Below, one piece after another: positions 35,462 to 44,599 of a stretch of DNA of 64,000 nucleotides (positions are counted from its first letter, which is position 1; every line of letters starts with the position of its first letter). A program made the translations under genes and the position numbers. The notes under the pieces were generated by a model that had not been told where the DNA came from, ran no database searches, and saw only the letters and a list, made by a program, of their open reading frames with translations. Source of the stretch: Anaerolineales bacterium (GTDB lineage Bacteria > Chloroflexota > Anaerolineae > Anaerolineales > UBA11579); assembly GCA_019637755.1 (NCBI GenBank), contig JAHBVC010000001.1, positions 1,521,104-1,585,103 of the forward strand. The letters are read 5' to 3'.

Positions 35462-36317
35462 GTGGCTGTTGGAGCCCCTCGGCTTCGCCTTCATGCAGCG
35501 CGGAGTGTTGGCGGCGGTGCTGGTGGGGGTAGTGTGCGCCGTAGTGGGCAGCTATATGATCCTGCGCGGCATGGCTTTTTTGGGGGAGGCGCTGGGCCAT
35601 GCCATCTTGCCCGGTCTGGCCGCCGGCTACCTGCTCTCCAATGGCGATCGCGCGGTCACCTTCGTGTGGGCGCTGGCCACCGCGATCGTAGCTTCGGTCA
35701 CGATGGGTGCGCTCAGCCGTAGCACCAAGCTGCGCCAGGATACCGCGATTGGCATCGTCTTCGCGGGCATGTTTGCCCTGGGCATCGCATTGATCTCAAG
35801 TATGCGCAGCTACGCCGTCGATCTGACCCATATGCTGTTTGGCAACATCCTCGGTGTGGCCAATCAAGATATGTGGCTGATTGTGGGTATGGGTGTGGCG
35901 GTACTGCTCGCCGTGGCGCTCTTTTACAAAGAATTGACCGTGATCGCCTTTGATCCCGTGCTGGCAGTAACCTTGCGCCTGCCGGTGCGCGCCCTGGATA
36001 TTTTGCTGCATGTGATGGTGGCGATCGCGATCGTGATTTCGCTGCAGACGGTGGGCGTGGCGCTGGTGGTGGCGATGTTGCTCACCCCGGCGGCCACCGC
36101 CTTCCTGCTCACCAAGCGCTTGAAGCGCATGATGGCACTGGCGGCCGGCTTGGCGGCGATCAGCGGCGTGGTGGGGCTGTATGCTTCGTATTATTTGAAC
36201 ATTGCCTCCGGCGCCGCCATCGTGCTTGTATCAACATTGCTATTTGTGGCTGTGTATGCGGCCCGCGCGCTACGCGCAGCCTTGCCCTTGCGCCAAACAA
36301 AAAGCCCCGCTAGCTAG
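35454..36317 (+). CDS. znuB: metal ABC transporter permease
   Basis: MTEWLLEPLGFAFMQRG...GEALGHAILPG, ABC-3 family. The start overlaps the znuC stop. The longer ORF from 35313 was rejected. Confidence 0.85.
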   Translation: MTEWLLEPLGFAFMQRGVLAAVLVGVVCAVVGSYMILRGMAFLGEALGHAILPGLAAGYLLSNGDRAVTFVWALATAIVASVTMGALSRSTKLRQDTAIGIVFAGMFALGIALISSMRSYAVDLTHMLFGNILGVANQDMWLIVGMGVAVLLAVALFYKELTVIAFDPVLAVTLRLPVRALDILLHVMVAIAIVISLQTVGVALVVAMLLTPAATAFLLTKRLKRMMALAAGLAAISGVVGLYASYYLNIASGAAIVLVSTLLFVAVYAARALRAALPLRQTKSPAS

Positions 36318-36336
36318 CGGGGCTTTTTTGTTTTTG
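36301..36336. terminator. bidirectional rho-independent terminator
   Basis: AAAAGCCCCGCTAGCTAGCGGGGCTTTTTTGTTTTT. Confidence 0.85.
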
Positions 36337-36346
36337 GCTGCACAAG

Positions 36347-37456
36347 TTAAGGCTTGGTGTAGGTGATGATCAGTTTGAAGCCATTGTTAAGCATGCGCAC
36401 CAGGGCATTGCCACTGGGGGCGCCACTGAAGGCCAGGCGGTATTCCAGGATCTTGCTGGGCGAATCTACAGCGGCTTGCACGCGCGCCTTGACGCTGTCA
36501 CTGGCGCTCACCGTGGACAGCGCGCCACTGCTGCACCACTCGATGTCCTGGCCGCTAGCCGAGGCGTCGTATTCGCTGCCGTCCAGCGGGAAGTAGCTGC
36601 CGGGGATGGCACGCAGGCAGCCCATCACGAACGGGTTCGCGATGGTGTCGTACTTGCTAAAATCTACGCGCACCTGATCGATCTTGGAACCCGCCGGAAT
36701 GGCAGAAAGATCGAACAAGGCGAAGGCCTGAATGCCGCCCTGCGCGTCGGCCCCCGCGTGCGGAGCGCCGCCGGGCGTACCTGAGGCGTTCACCTGGCCC
36801 ACCTGTGAGGCGATGAAGGTTTCACCGCCTCCCGCGCTGCCGGCGCCAGTTACATCGATAACTACATAGAAGCTGCCGAAGGTTTGGCCGGCTGCATTGC
36901 GCAGCATCCAATACCCGGTGTGTGAGCCAGCGGTGCTGGGCGCGGTGAGGTTGACCGAAACATCCAGCGTGCTGTTGGGAGCAATCGTGGCGGTGAGCGC
37001 CTGGCTGGCCGGGCCGTTCATCGCCGCGCCGCTGCTGAACACCACCGCGTAGGACGTTGTCCACGAGCAAGTGCCAGAATTGCGAATGCGCCAGGTCTTG
37101 GTGAAGGTTGCGCCGGGGGCGAAGTCGGTACCGTCAGGCACGGTAACATCGCTGACAAACGCCATCGCATCGCAGGCGGGATTGACACCGGAGCCACCAC
37201 TGCCGCCACTGCTGGCGCTGGTGGCCGCAATGGTTTGGGTGACCACTGGGGTCTCGGTGGCGGGTTGCGTGGCGGTGGGTTCAGGAGTGAAAGTGGCCGT
37301 AGGCACCAGCAAGGCGGCCTCGGTCAACTGGGCGCTAACGGTGGAGGCGGCCGCGGTCAACACCATTGAAGAGGAGGGTGTATTGCTGCCAGGGAAACTG
37401 CAAGCTGCCAGTAGAAGCGATGCCATCATCGCCAGAATACATAGTTTGTTTTTCAT
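36347..37456 (-). CDS. lipoprotein with an NBR1-like Ig domain
   Basis: MKNKLCILAMMASLLLAAC lipobox. DVTVPDGTDFAPGATFTKTWRIRNSGTCSW...GYWMLRNAAGQTFG. AGGAG SD upstream. Confidence 0.7.
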   Translation of the reverse strand: MKNKLCILAMMASLLLAACSFPGSNTPSSSMVLTAAASTVSAQLTEAALLVPTATFTPEPTATQPATETPVVTQTIAATSASSGGSGGSGVNPACDAMAFVSDVTVPDGTDFAPGATFTKTWRIRNSGTCSWTTSYAVVFSSGAAMNGPASQALTATIAPNSTLDVSVNLTAPSTAGSHTGYWMLRNAAGQTFGSFYVVIDVTGAGSAGGGETFIASQVGQVNASGTPGGAPHAGADAQGGIQAFALFDLSAIPAGSKIDQVRVDFSKYDTIANPFVMGCLRAIPGSYFPLDGSEYDASASGQDIEWCSSGALSTVSASDSVKARVQAAVDSPSKILEYRLAFSGAPSGNALVRMLNNGFKLIITYTKP

Positions 37457-37523
37457 AGCACTCCTAAAATGAACCATTTTGAGGATTCTAGCAGAGCGGG
37501 CGCAGAAGTGCCCTGCACAGGGC

Positions 37524-37886
37524 TTAGATTTCGCTTAATAGGGCGCCGATGCGCGTGAGTAGGCGTTCGAGCTCAAACGGTTTGCGCAGATACTCGCGTG
37601 CCCCGGCCTGCAGGCTGGCGTGCACCTCTGCCGGGCTGGCGCAGCCAGAGATGAGCAAGATGCTGGCCTGCTCAGCCTGCTGCCGCAGGCGGGCGCACAG
37701 GGCTGGCCCATGCAGGCCGGGGAGATTGAAATCGAGCACGATCAGATCAGGAGCAAAGTGAGCTGCGGCGTTCAGGGCCCCCGCGCCCTCGGCGGCGGTG
37801 CGCACCTGGTAGCCGGAGAGCAGCAGGCCAGCCTGCATCATCTCGCGCAGTTCCGCTTGATCATCAACCACCAGCACTTTAGGCAT
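37524..37886 (-). CDS. single-domain response regulator (CheY-like)
   Basis: VLVVDD...LIVLDFNLPGLHG...YLRKP. Confidence 0.9.
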   Translation of the reverse strand: MPKVLVVDDQAELREMMQAGLLLSGYQVRTAAEGAGALNAAAHFAPDLIVLDFNLPGLHGPALCARLRQQAEQASILLISGCASPAEVHASLQAGAREYLRKPFELERLLTRIGALLSEI

Positions 37887-37993
37887 TGCTGCCCAAAACG
37901 TGCTGGCGATGGTTTTATTCTAGGAGTTTTGGTGGATTAGGCGTCTGGCCGCGGGAGACTTAACCAGCGCTAAGCTTTTGTTAAACTTGCCCG

Positions 37994-38542
37994 TTAGGCT
38001 TCCAGTTCGGCCAGAATGTTTTCCAGCAATTGCAGCAGCACGGTCTTAACAGCTTCTTTATCGGTGGAAACACAGGGCAGGATGGGCACATCCTCGTCTA
38101 CGCGCAGGGCCACGCGCAGATCCTCCACCTCCCAGGCATCGGGCAGGTCTTGCTTGCTGGCGGCGACGACATAAGGGGTGGGCGAGAAAGCGCGGAAGGC
38201 CTCCATGATGTTGCGGGCTTCCTGGAAGGTTTCGGGGCGGGTGCTATCCACCATGACAATGAAGCCCAGCATGCCTTCGGAGAGGATCTCCCACATGAAG
38301 TCAAAGCGCTTTTGGCCGGGGGTGCCGAACAGATACAGCACCAGGCTGTCATCCACCGTGATGCGGCCAAAGTCCATCGCCACGGTGGTGGTTTCCTTCA
38401 CACGCTCGGCATCCGAGCTGATCTTGCGTTCGGTGGAGACTACATCGATCTCGCTGACAGTTTGGATGAACTCGGTTTTACCGGCATTGAAGGGGCCGGT
38501 GACCACCATCTTGACTGTCAGAGTGCGTGCGTCGTTTTCCAT
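37994..38542 (-). CDS. MglA/CvnD-like small GTPase
   Basis: P-loop GPFNAGKTEF. Switch II FGTPGQ has Thr in place of the canonical Asp, as in MglA TxxGQ. G4 motif SKQD. Confidence 0.85.
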   Translation of the reverse strand: MENDARTLTVKMVVTGPFNAGKTEFIQTVSEIDVVSTERKISSDAERVKETTTVAMDFGRITVDDSLVLYLFGTPGQKRFDFMWEILSEGMLGFIVMVDSTRPETFQEARNIMEAFRAFSPTPYVVAASKQDLPDAWEVEDLRVALRVDEDVPILPCVSTDKEAVKTVLLQLLENILAELEA

Positions 38543-38545
38543 GCG

Positions 38546-39379
38546 CTAGATTGAACGGATACGCGCCATCAGGCGATTGACCAGGCTCTTTTGCTCCTGG
38601 CGATCCTTGCCGGGGAAGGCGCTCTGCAAGCCATCCAACTGCGTGGCGGCCCCCGCGGGGCGAATCAGCTTGATCAGCCCGGCCTGCAGCAGGCCATACA
38701 CGATGCGACGAATTTCTACTTCGCTCATCTTGGTGGCTTTGGCGATCTGGCGGATGCTGTTCTTGGGATTGATGTAAGAGACCACGCGCCATTCTTCGAC
38801 ATTGAGGTTTACTTTTTTGAGATTGACCCCGGGGCGATCGGTGAAGGCCAGCGCCATGTCCAGGTTGGGAATCTCATTGCTGAGCTTTTCCCATTCGCCC
38901 ACTTGGCGTGAGCCTTCCATGATGATGTCTTCCAGTGCCATGCGCACCGGGATCTTGCTTTCGGGCACGTCTTGCTCGGTGTCGAAAGCGAAGCGCCCCT
39001 CCACCCAAGTGAACAACTGCTGGATGACGTGCACGAAATAGCCCTGCAAACTTTCCAGAATGTCTTGCTGGGTGACGTAGCCGGAATTGATCAGCAGTAA
39101 GCCCAGCTCTTTGTCGCTCATCGCTGCGGCGCGTGCTTGCAAGGTGTTCAGTTGGGCATTGTTGATCTTTTCGGCGCGATGCAGGATGTTGGGCAGGCTG
39201 GCCTGGCGTTGGCCGCCCTCGCTGGTGAGTTGGGCAAAGGCCAGTTTGCCGGCGCGGAAAAATAGCCGGGCGCCCTCGTTGGGGCCCTGCACCAGCAGCG
39301 CCCCGCTTTTGCCAGCCAGGTTAATTAAATTGAGCAACTGGGTAACCGAAAAATCCTGCAGATTTCCTTTTAAGGCCAT
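38546..39379 (-). CDS. DUF4388 (PATAN-type) domain protein with a C-terminal HTH-like segment
   Basis: MALKGNLQDFSVTQLLNLINLAGKSGALLV... is a typical DUF4388 N-terminus. IRQIAKATKMSEVEIRRIVYGLLQAGLI. Confidence 0.8.
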   Translation of the reverse strand: MALKGNLQDFSVTQLLNLINLAGKSGALLVQGPNEGARLFFRAGKLAFAQLTSEGGQRQASLPNILHRAEKINNAQLNTLQARAAAMSDKELGLLLINSGYVTQQDILESLQGYFVHVIQQLFTWVEGRFAFDTEQDVPESKIPVRMALEDIIMEGSRQVGEWEKLSNEIPNLDMALAFTDRPGVNLKKVNLNVEEWRVVSYINPKNSIRQIAKATKMSEVEIRRIVYGLLQAGLIKLIRPAGAATQLDGLQSAFPGKDRQEQKSLVNRLMARIRSI

Positions 39380-39442
39380 AGCGTCTCCGCGCGCCTAGCG
39401 ATTATACATGTTTGCATCTGCCCACTCAGCTGCGCTGGTTTC

Positions 39443-39471
39443 TTGACACGCTTCTAGCCCCTGACTATAAT
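39443..39471 (+). promoter_or_regulatory. consensus sigma-70 type promoter for tRNA-Asn
   Basis: TTGACA-17 nt-TATAAT, about 30 nt upstream of the tRNA 5' end. Confidence 0.7.
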
Positions 39472-39500
39472 CGCCCCTTGCCCTGTAGATTAGGCATCCT

Positions 39501-39572
39501 TCCTCGGTAGCTCAATGGCAGAGCGGGCGGCTGTTAACCGCTAGGTTGTAGGTTCGAGTCCTACCCGAGGAG
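39501..39572 (+). tRNA. tRNA-Asn (anticodon GTT)
   Basis: Acceptor stem TCCTCGG/CCGAGGA. D arm GCTCAATGGCAGAGC. Anticodon loop CTGTTAA. T arm GTAGGTTCGAGTCCTAC. CCA is not encoded. Confidence 0.9.
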
Positions 39573-39815
39573 CTAAAGTAATGTAAGCCTACCATGCCGC
39601 CGGGTAGGCACCCTTCCCCGTCTAGATTGACTGGCCTGCTTCGTCCCATCTAATCTCCCCAACAATGGAAGTATTCACTCTGTCGCTTCGGCGCCTGGGG
39701 CGCCGCTCCTGCGGCGCGTGCTACCGGAAGCGAGCCGGCAGCAGATGCCGTATAGTTTGGCAGGCTCGGTATACGAATGCGCCCCATCCTCCCTACGCCC
39801 GATCCATTGGCAGTA

Positions 39816-40544
39816 ATGCCCATGCTTGAAGTGCACCAGCTCAGCAAAGATTTTGACGGTTTGCGCGCCGTGGACGCGGTCAGTTTTATGCTAGCGGGCG
39901 CGGAGATCGTTGGCTTGATCGGCCCCAATGGGTCGGGAAAATCGACTTTGTTTAATTTACTAGCCGGCGTCACTCCGCCCAGTTCGGGGGCCATCTTTTT
40001 CAATGGGCACGACATCACCGGTTTGCCTGCGCATGCGGTAGCGCGGCTTGGCATGGCGCGCACCTTTCAGCTGGTGCGCCCATTTTTGCAGCTTACCGTG
40101 CGTGAGAACGTAGAGGCAGGCCTGCTGTTTGGCGCCGGCCATGCGCACATCCATGGTGACTTGCAGGCCCAAGCGCACCAGGTGCTAGCGCGCGTGGGGC
40201 TGGTGGACAAAATGGATCTGCGCGCTGCCCAACTCTCCGTTGTGGAGCGCAAATGGCTCGAGATCGCCCGCGCTCTGGCCGGGCAGCCCAAGCTATTGCT
40301 GCTGGATGAGTTTATGGCGGGGTTGAGCACCGCGGAGATTCCGCGTGCCCTGAATTTGATCCGCTCTGTGCGCGAAAGTGGCATTGCGATCATCCTCGTC
40401 GAGCACATCGTCAAGGCCATCACCAGTGTGTGTGAGCGTGTGATCGTACTCAATGCCGGCAGGAAACTGGCCGAGGGCCGCGTTGCGCAGATAGTCAACG
40501 ATCCGGCAGTGATCGATGCATACCTGGGGAGCAGGCATGCTTAG
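39816..40544 (+). CDS. livG: branched-chain amino acid ABC transporter ATP-binding protein
   Basis: GPNGSGKSTLFN, LSVVERKWLEIARAL, LLLDE. Start uncertain (39777, 39816 or 39822). Confidence 0.85.
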   Translation: MPMLEVHQLSKDFDGLRAVDAVSFMLAGAEIVGLIGPNGSGKSTLFNLLAGVTPPSSGAIFFNGHDITGLPAHAVARLGMARTFQLVRPFLQLTVRENVEAGLLFGAGHAHIHGDLQAQAHQVLARVGLVDKMDLRAAQLSVVERKWLEIARALAGQPKLLLLDEFMAGLSTAEIPRALNLIRSVRESGIAIILVEHIVKAITSVCERVIVLNAGRKLAEGRVAQIVNDPAVIDAYLGSRHA

Positions 40545-41244
40545 CGTCGCTAATCTGCAAGTCGCTTATGGCGACATCCAGGTGGTGTGGGATGTAAGCC
40601 TGGAGGTGCCCGCCGGCAAAATAGTGGCCTTGATCGGCCCTAATGGCGCCGGCAAGAGCACATCGTTGCGCGCCATCCTGGGGCTATTGCCGGTGAAAGC
40701 TGGCGAGATCAACTTTGATGGGGTCTCGATTCGCAACAAACCCACCCATGCAATCGTGCAGTCTGGATTGGCGATGGTGCCCGAGTCGGGGGCCACCTTC
40801 GCGCGCCTGAGCGTGCTGGATAACCTGCGCCTGGGGGCAATGCCATCGGCGCAAGCGCGCGCCCAACGATCTGCCAGCTTGCAAACAGTGTTCGCTATGT
40901 TTCCGCGGCTGGCCGAACGCCAAACGCAGCAAGCGGGCACCCTGAGCGGCGGCGAACGCCAGATGCTGGCGATCGGCAAGGCGCTTATGGCGCGGCCGCG
41001 TTTGCTGGTGTTGGATGAGCCTTCGCTGGGCTTGGCCCCGTTGGTGGTAGAGCAAATCTTTGGCGTGATCCAACACATTCGCCAGCAAGGCGTAGCCATT
41101 CTGCTGGTGGAGCAAAATGTACAGCACAGCCTGGAGATCGCAGATTACGGCTATGTCATCGAGTTCGGGCGCATTCGTAAAGCTGCCGCCGCGGCCACTC
41201 TGCTCGCTGACGAGAATATCAAGGAAGCCTACCTCAGCCTCTAG
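40537..41244 (+). CDS. livF: branched-chain amino acid ABC transporter ATP-binding protein
   Basis: GPNGAGKSTSLR, LSGGERQMLAIGKAL, LVLDEPS. The start overlaps the livG stop. Confidence 0.9.
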   Translation: MLSVANLQVAYGDIQVVWDVSLEVPAGKIVALIGPNGAGKSTSLRAILGLLPVKAGEINFDGVSIRNKPTHAIVQSGLAMVPESGATFARLSVLDNLRLGAMPSAQARAQRSASLQTVFAMFPRLAERQTQQAGTLSGGERQMLAIGKALMARPRLLVLDEPSLGLAPLVVEQIFGVIQHIRQQGVAILLVEQNVQHSLEIADYGYVIEFGRIRKAAAAATLLADENIKEAYLSL

Positions 41245-41259
41245 GCTGGGCGAGTTGCC

Positions 41260-42153
41260 ATGATCCATCTCGATGCACTTGCACAAGTTGCCGTTTCCGG
41301 GGTGCTGCTCGGCGGCCTATATGGCTTGGCCGCTTTGGGCCTTTCGTTGATGTTTGGCGTGCTTAAGATCCTCAATGTGGCCCATGGAGAACTGATCATG
41401 CTGGGGGGCTATGCTGCCTTCTGGGGCTTTTCTCTTTACGGGCTTGACCCCTTCGTAGCATTGCTGCTCATCGTGCCATTAATGTTCGCGCTGGGCCTCG
41501 GCTTGCATCTTGGGTTGTTTCAATGGATCGTGCGTGCGGAGGAGCAGCCACGCATCAAGAACTCGCTGTTGATCGGCTTTGGATTAACGCTGATACTGCA
41601 CAATGTGGTTATCTTTATGTGGGGGGCGGATGATCGCGCCATCACGACTGCCTATTCACTTAATGCGCTGACGCTCGCCGGGGTGCGCATTCCGGTTGCT
41701 CGCGCGGCGGGCTTCTTGATCTCTATGCTGTGTGCTTTTGGCATGGAGTGGCTTTTGGAGCGCACCGATTTTGGCAACTCCATTCGCGCCACTGCCGAAG
41801 ACTGGCGCCATGCCGCACTAACCGGCATCAATATCCAGCGCGTATATCTATGGACAGTAGCCATCGGCTCGGCACTCGCCGGCGTGGCTGGCATGCTGGT
41901 CAGCCTGGGCTACAGCGTCAGCCCTTCAGTCGGCCTAGCGTGGACACTGAAAGCGTTGATCGTAGTGGTGCTGGCGGGGTTGGGCAGTATGCGCGGTACG
42001 TTTTTTGCTGGCATCCTGCTGGGTGTGGCGGAAAGTGTTGGCACATATCTCATTCCTAATGGCGGCCAGTATCGCGAGGCGATTGGCATCCTCTTGTTTC
42101 TTGTGGTGCTAAGCCTGCGCCCGCAAGGATTATTTGGTGCCAAACTTGGCTAA
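41260..42153 (+). CDS. livH: branched-chain amino acid ABC transporter permease
   Basis: Polytopic, BPD_transp_2 type (LNVAHGELIMLGGY). Confidence 0.9.
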   Translation: MIHLDALAQVAVSGVLLGGLYGLAALGLSLMFGVLKILNVAHGELIMLGGYAAFWGFSLYGLDPFVALLLIVPLMFALGLGLHLGLFQWIVRAEEQPRIKNSLLIGFGLTLILHNVVIFMWGADDRAITTAYSLNALTLAGVRIPVARAAGFLISMLCAFGMEWLLERTDFGNSIRATAEDWRHAALTGINIQRVYLWTVAIGSALAGVAGMLVSLGYSVSPSVGLAWTLKALIVVVLAGLGSMRGTFFAGILLGVAESVGTYLIPNGGQYREAIGILLFLVVLSLRPQGLFGAKLG

Positions 42154-43090
42154 GCCCGCTACGCGCACCCTGGGCCTGGGATTGCTGTTGGCTGCCGCGC
42201 TGGCCCTGCCGTGGTATGGCGCCAATGACAGCCTGATCACTACGCTGGTGCACGCGTTGATCCTGGCTACGTTGGCAATCAGCTGGAATATTCTGGCGGG
42301 GTTTGCCGGCCAGATCAACCTGGGGCACGCGGCCCTCTTTGGCATCGGTGCGCTGGCCACCCGCCAGTTATGGTTAGCCCAGGGCTGGGGTTTGTGGGCC
42401 AGCTTGGCTGCCGGTGGTTTGGCTGCGGCCTTGTTTGCGCTATGTATCGGCGCGCCGGCGCTGCGCTTGCGCGGCATCTACTTTTCCATTGCCACGCTGG
42501 CGATCGCGCAGGCATTACGCGCCACCGTCAGTTCGCTGCTGCCCAAGGTTACGCGCCTGCCGGGGGCGGTGCTTGCGCAGTATGCGCTGAGTGAGCGCTA
42601 TTGGCTGGCCCTGGGCGTATTTTTGGCGGCGCTGGTAGCAGCCAATCTGCTGCGGCATTCCAAGCTCGGCTTGGGAATGCGCGTCGTGCGCGAAGATGAG
42701 CACGCGGCCGAAGCGATCGGCGTTAATATCTTCGCGCACAAACTTAGCGCGTTCGTGATCAGCGCTTTCTGGGCTGGCCTGGCCGGGGGCGTGTTCGCCT
42801 TTTATCATCCCAGTTATTACTACAGCCTGACCTTTGAGCCGGCCTGGACCTTTGATGCGGTGCTGGTCACCTTTATCGGTGGCATTGGTAGCTTGGTCGG
42901 CCCGGTGCTCGGTACCGCTTTCTTTGTCTTCCTGCGCGATGTGTTGGCAGCCCATTGGGTGGATTTTCATCTGATCCTTTTTGGCAGCGTGTTTATCTTG
43001 GTGGTACTGCTGATGCCCGGCGGCTTTGTTGAATTCTGGCATAGCGTAAAATCCAAGCGGGCGCAGGGGGCCGCTCAGGAGAAGCGATGA
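42134..43090 (+). CDS. livM: branched-chain amino acid ABC transporter permease
   Basis: Polytopic (GQINLGHAALFGIGA). TTG/GTG start uncertain. Confidence 0.85.
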   Translation: MVPNLAKPATRTLGLGLLLAAALALPWYGANDSLITTLVHALILATLAISWNILAGFAGQINLGHAALFGIGALATRQLWLAQGWGLWASLAAGGLAAALFALCIGAPALRLRGIYFSIATLAIAQALRATVSSLLPKVTRLPGAVLAQYALSERYWLALGVFLAALVAANLLRHSKLGLGMRVVREDEHAAEAIGVNIFAHKLSAFVISAFWAGLAGGVFAFYHPSYYYSLTFEPAWTFDAVLVTFIGGIGSLVGPVLGTAFFVFLRDVLAAHWVDFHLILFGSVFILVVLLMPGGFVEFWHSVKSKRAQGAAQEKR

Positions 43091-44346
43091 AAAACCTACT
43101 GAAGATAATTGCCGCCGTGGTTGTGCTGGGCCAACTGCTATTGGCTTGCGCCCCGGCACCTGTAACGGCACAGGCTACCGCGCCCGCTTCCGTGTGGCAG
43201 GGCGCAGTGCCAGCCGCCATTAACATCGGCGCCACGATCCCGCTCACTGGCGCCTTCGCCGCCGGGGGTGCCCAGGTGCTGATCGGCTACCAATATGCGG
43301 TCGATGCGATCAACCAGGCAGGCGGCATCTATGTCGCCGAATACGACGCCCACCTTCCGATCCGGCTGATCGTCAAGGATGATGGATCGAAGCCGGAGAA
43401 CGTCGTTAGCAATTTGGAGGCGCTCTACGCCGCCGACAATGTCGCCGTGTATCTGGGCGGGTTTGGTAGCAGCTTGCATTCCGCTGCCGCGGCGATTGCA
43501 GAAAAGAATCAAGTGCCCTATCTCGGTATCGCCTTCGCTCAATATGATATTCACCAGCAGGGCTATCAGTATTTGTTCTCGCCATTCTGGAAATCTCCAC
43601 AAATGGCTACCGATGTCTTTGAAATGCTCAATGGCCTTTTGCCTGAGGGCCAACGCCCCACCAAAGTTGCCATCATCCATGAGCAAACCGACTGGGGCAT
43701 TGAGCTGGGCGGCATGTGGGCCGAAGCCGCACCGACCTATGGATACGAGATCGTGGCCACCGAAAGCTATGCAGTCGGCACGGCAGATTTCACCGATATC
43801 ATTTTGCGCGTGCAACAAGCCGGTGCTAATGCGGTGCTCTCGCTACCCGTACCCCCGGATGGGTTTACATTGTTCCGCCAGATGGCAGAGCTGGGCTATA
43901 CGCCCGAATTTGCCCTGGTGGTGCGCGCCCCCGACAATACGCCGGTGTGGATCGAGAATTTGGGGCGCGCCGGTGATTATGTTGTGCTGGCTCCGGGATG
44001 GCACAGTTCGATGAACTATGCGGGTGTGGCGGCGATCAACGCACGCTATCAGGCGGAATATGGCAGCCCGGCGCTGGCGCAAGTGGGCAACGCCTATGCA
44101 GTCATCCAGATCATGGCGGATGCGATCGAGCGTGCCGGCGCACTGGACCGTCAGGCCATCCGTGATGCCATCGCCGCCACGGATCTCGATACCGTCACGG
44201 GCCATATCACTTTCTTCGCCGATGGCACCAGCAGCGTCGCCAACCCCTTAGTGCAGATCGTCAATGGCACACAGCAGGTGATCTGGCCGGCTGAGTTTTC
44301 CACGGCAGATTTTGTCTTCCCGGCTCCGCCGTTTGACCAGCGTTGA
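43087..44346 (+). CDS. ABC transporter substrate-binding lipoprotein (Leu/Ile/Val-binding family)
   Basis: MKNLLKIIAAVVVLGQLLLAC lipobox. Type I periplasmic binding fold. The start overlaps the livM stop (ATGA). Confidence 0.85.
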   Translation: MKNLLKIIAAVVVLGQLLLACAPAPVTAQATAPASVWQGAVPAAINIGATIPLTGAFAAGGAQVLIGYQYAVDAINQAGGIYVAEYDAHLPIRLIVKDDGSKPENVVSNLEALYAADNVAVYLGGFGSSLHSAAAAIAEKNQVPYLGIAFAQYDIHQQGYQYLFSPFWKSPQMATDVFEMLNGLLPEGQRPTKVAIIHEQTDWGIELGGMWAEAAPTYGYEIVATESYAVGTADFTDIILRVQQAGANAVLSLPVPPDGFTLFRQMAELGYTPEFALVVRAPDNTPVWIENLGRAGDYVVLAPGWHSSMNYAGVAAINARYQAEYGSPALAQVGNAYAVIQIMADAIERAGALDRQAIRDAIAATDLDTVTGHITFFADGTSSVANPLVQIVNGTQQVIWPAEFSTADFVFPAPPFDQR

Positions 44347-44374
44347 GCGCTCAACCCTAAAAGTTGCTTCCTAA

Positions 44375-44404
44375 GACGGGCTGCTTAGCAGCCCGTCTTT
44401 TTTT
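44375..44404 (+). terminator. rho-independent terminator
   Basis: GACGGGCTGC-tta-GCAGCCCGTC followed by TTTTTTT. Confidence 0.85.
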
Positions 44405-44599
44405 GTCTCCATCGCTATCGTGACAAAAAACACATGCACATGAGTAATTTTTCTGGCGGAAACTTTAGAGGAAAATTAGTGTTACTATCTTTAGGTATAT
44501 GTGCAACGCATGCAATTCTGTGCAGACGAAGCCGTATATGCAAGGGGGCGCCTGGGGTCTTTTACCCGGCGCGTTTTTGCAAGCGAGGGCCGTGTGACG

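Noticed and set aside
39573-39815. Possible genomic island or integration site at the 3' end of tRNA-Asn
   Set aside because: I saw no integrase, no direct repeat of the tRNA 3' end and no compositional shift. The downstream genes are an ordinary liv operon. There is a weak hairpin, GCCTACC..GGTAGGC, at 39587..39609, and a possible TTGACT-18-TAATCT promoter.
39650-40063. 137-aa reverse-strand ORF downstream of tRNA-Asn
   Set aside because: It is antisense to the livG 5' region and leader, and has no recognisable features.
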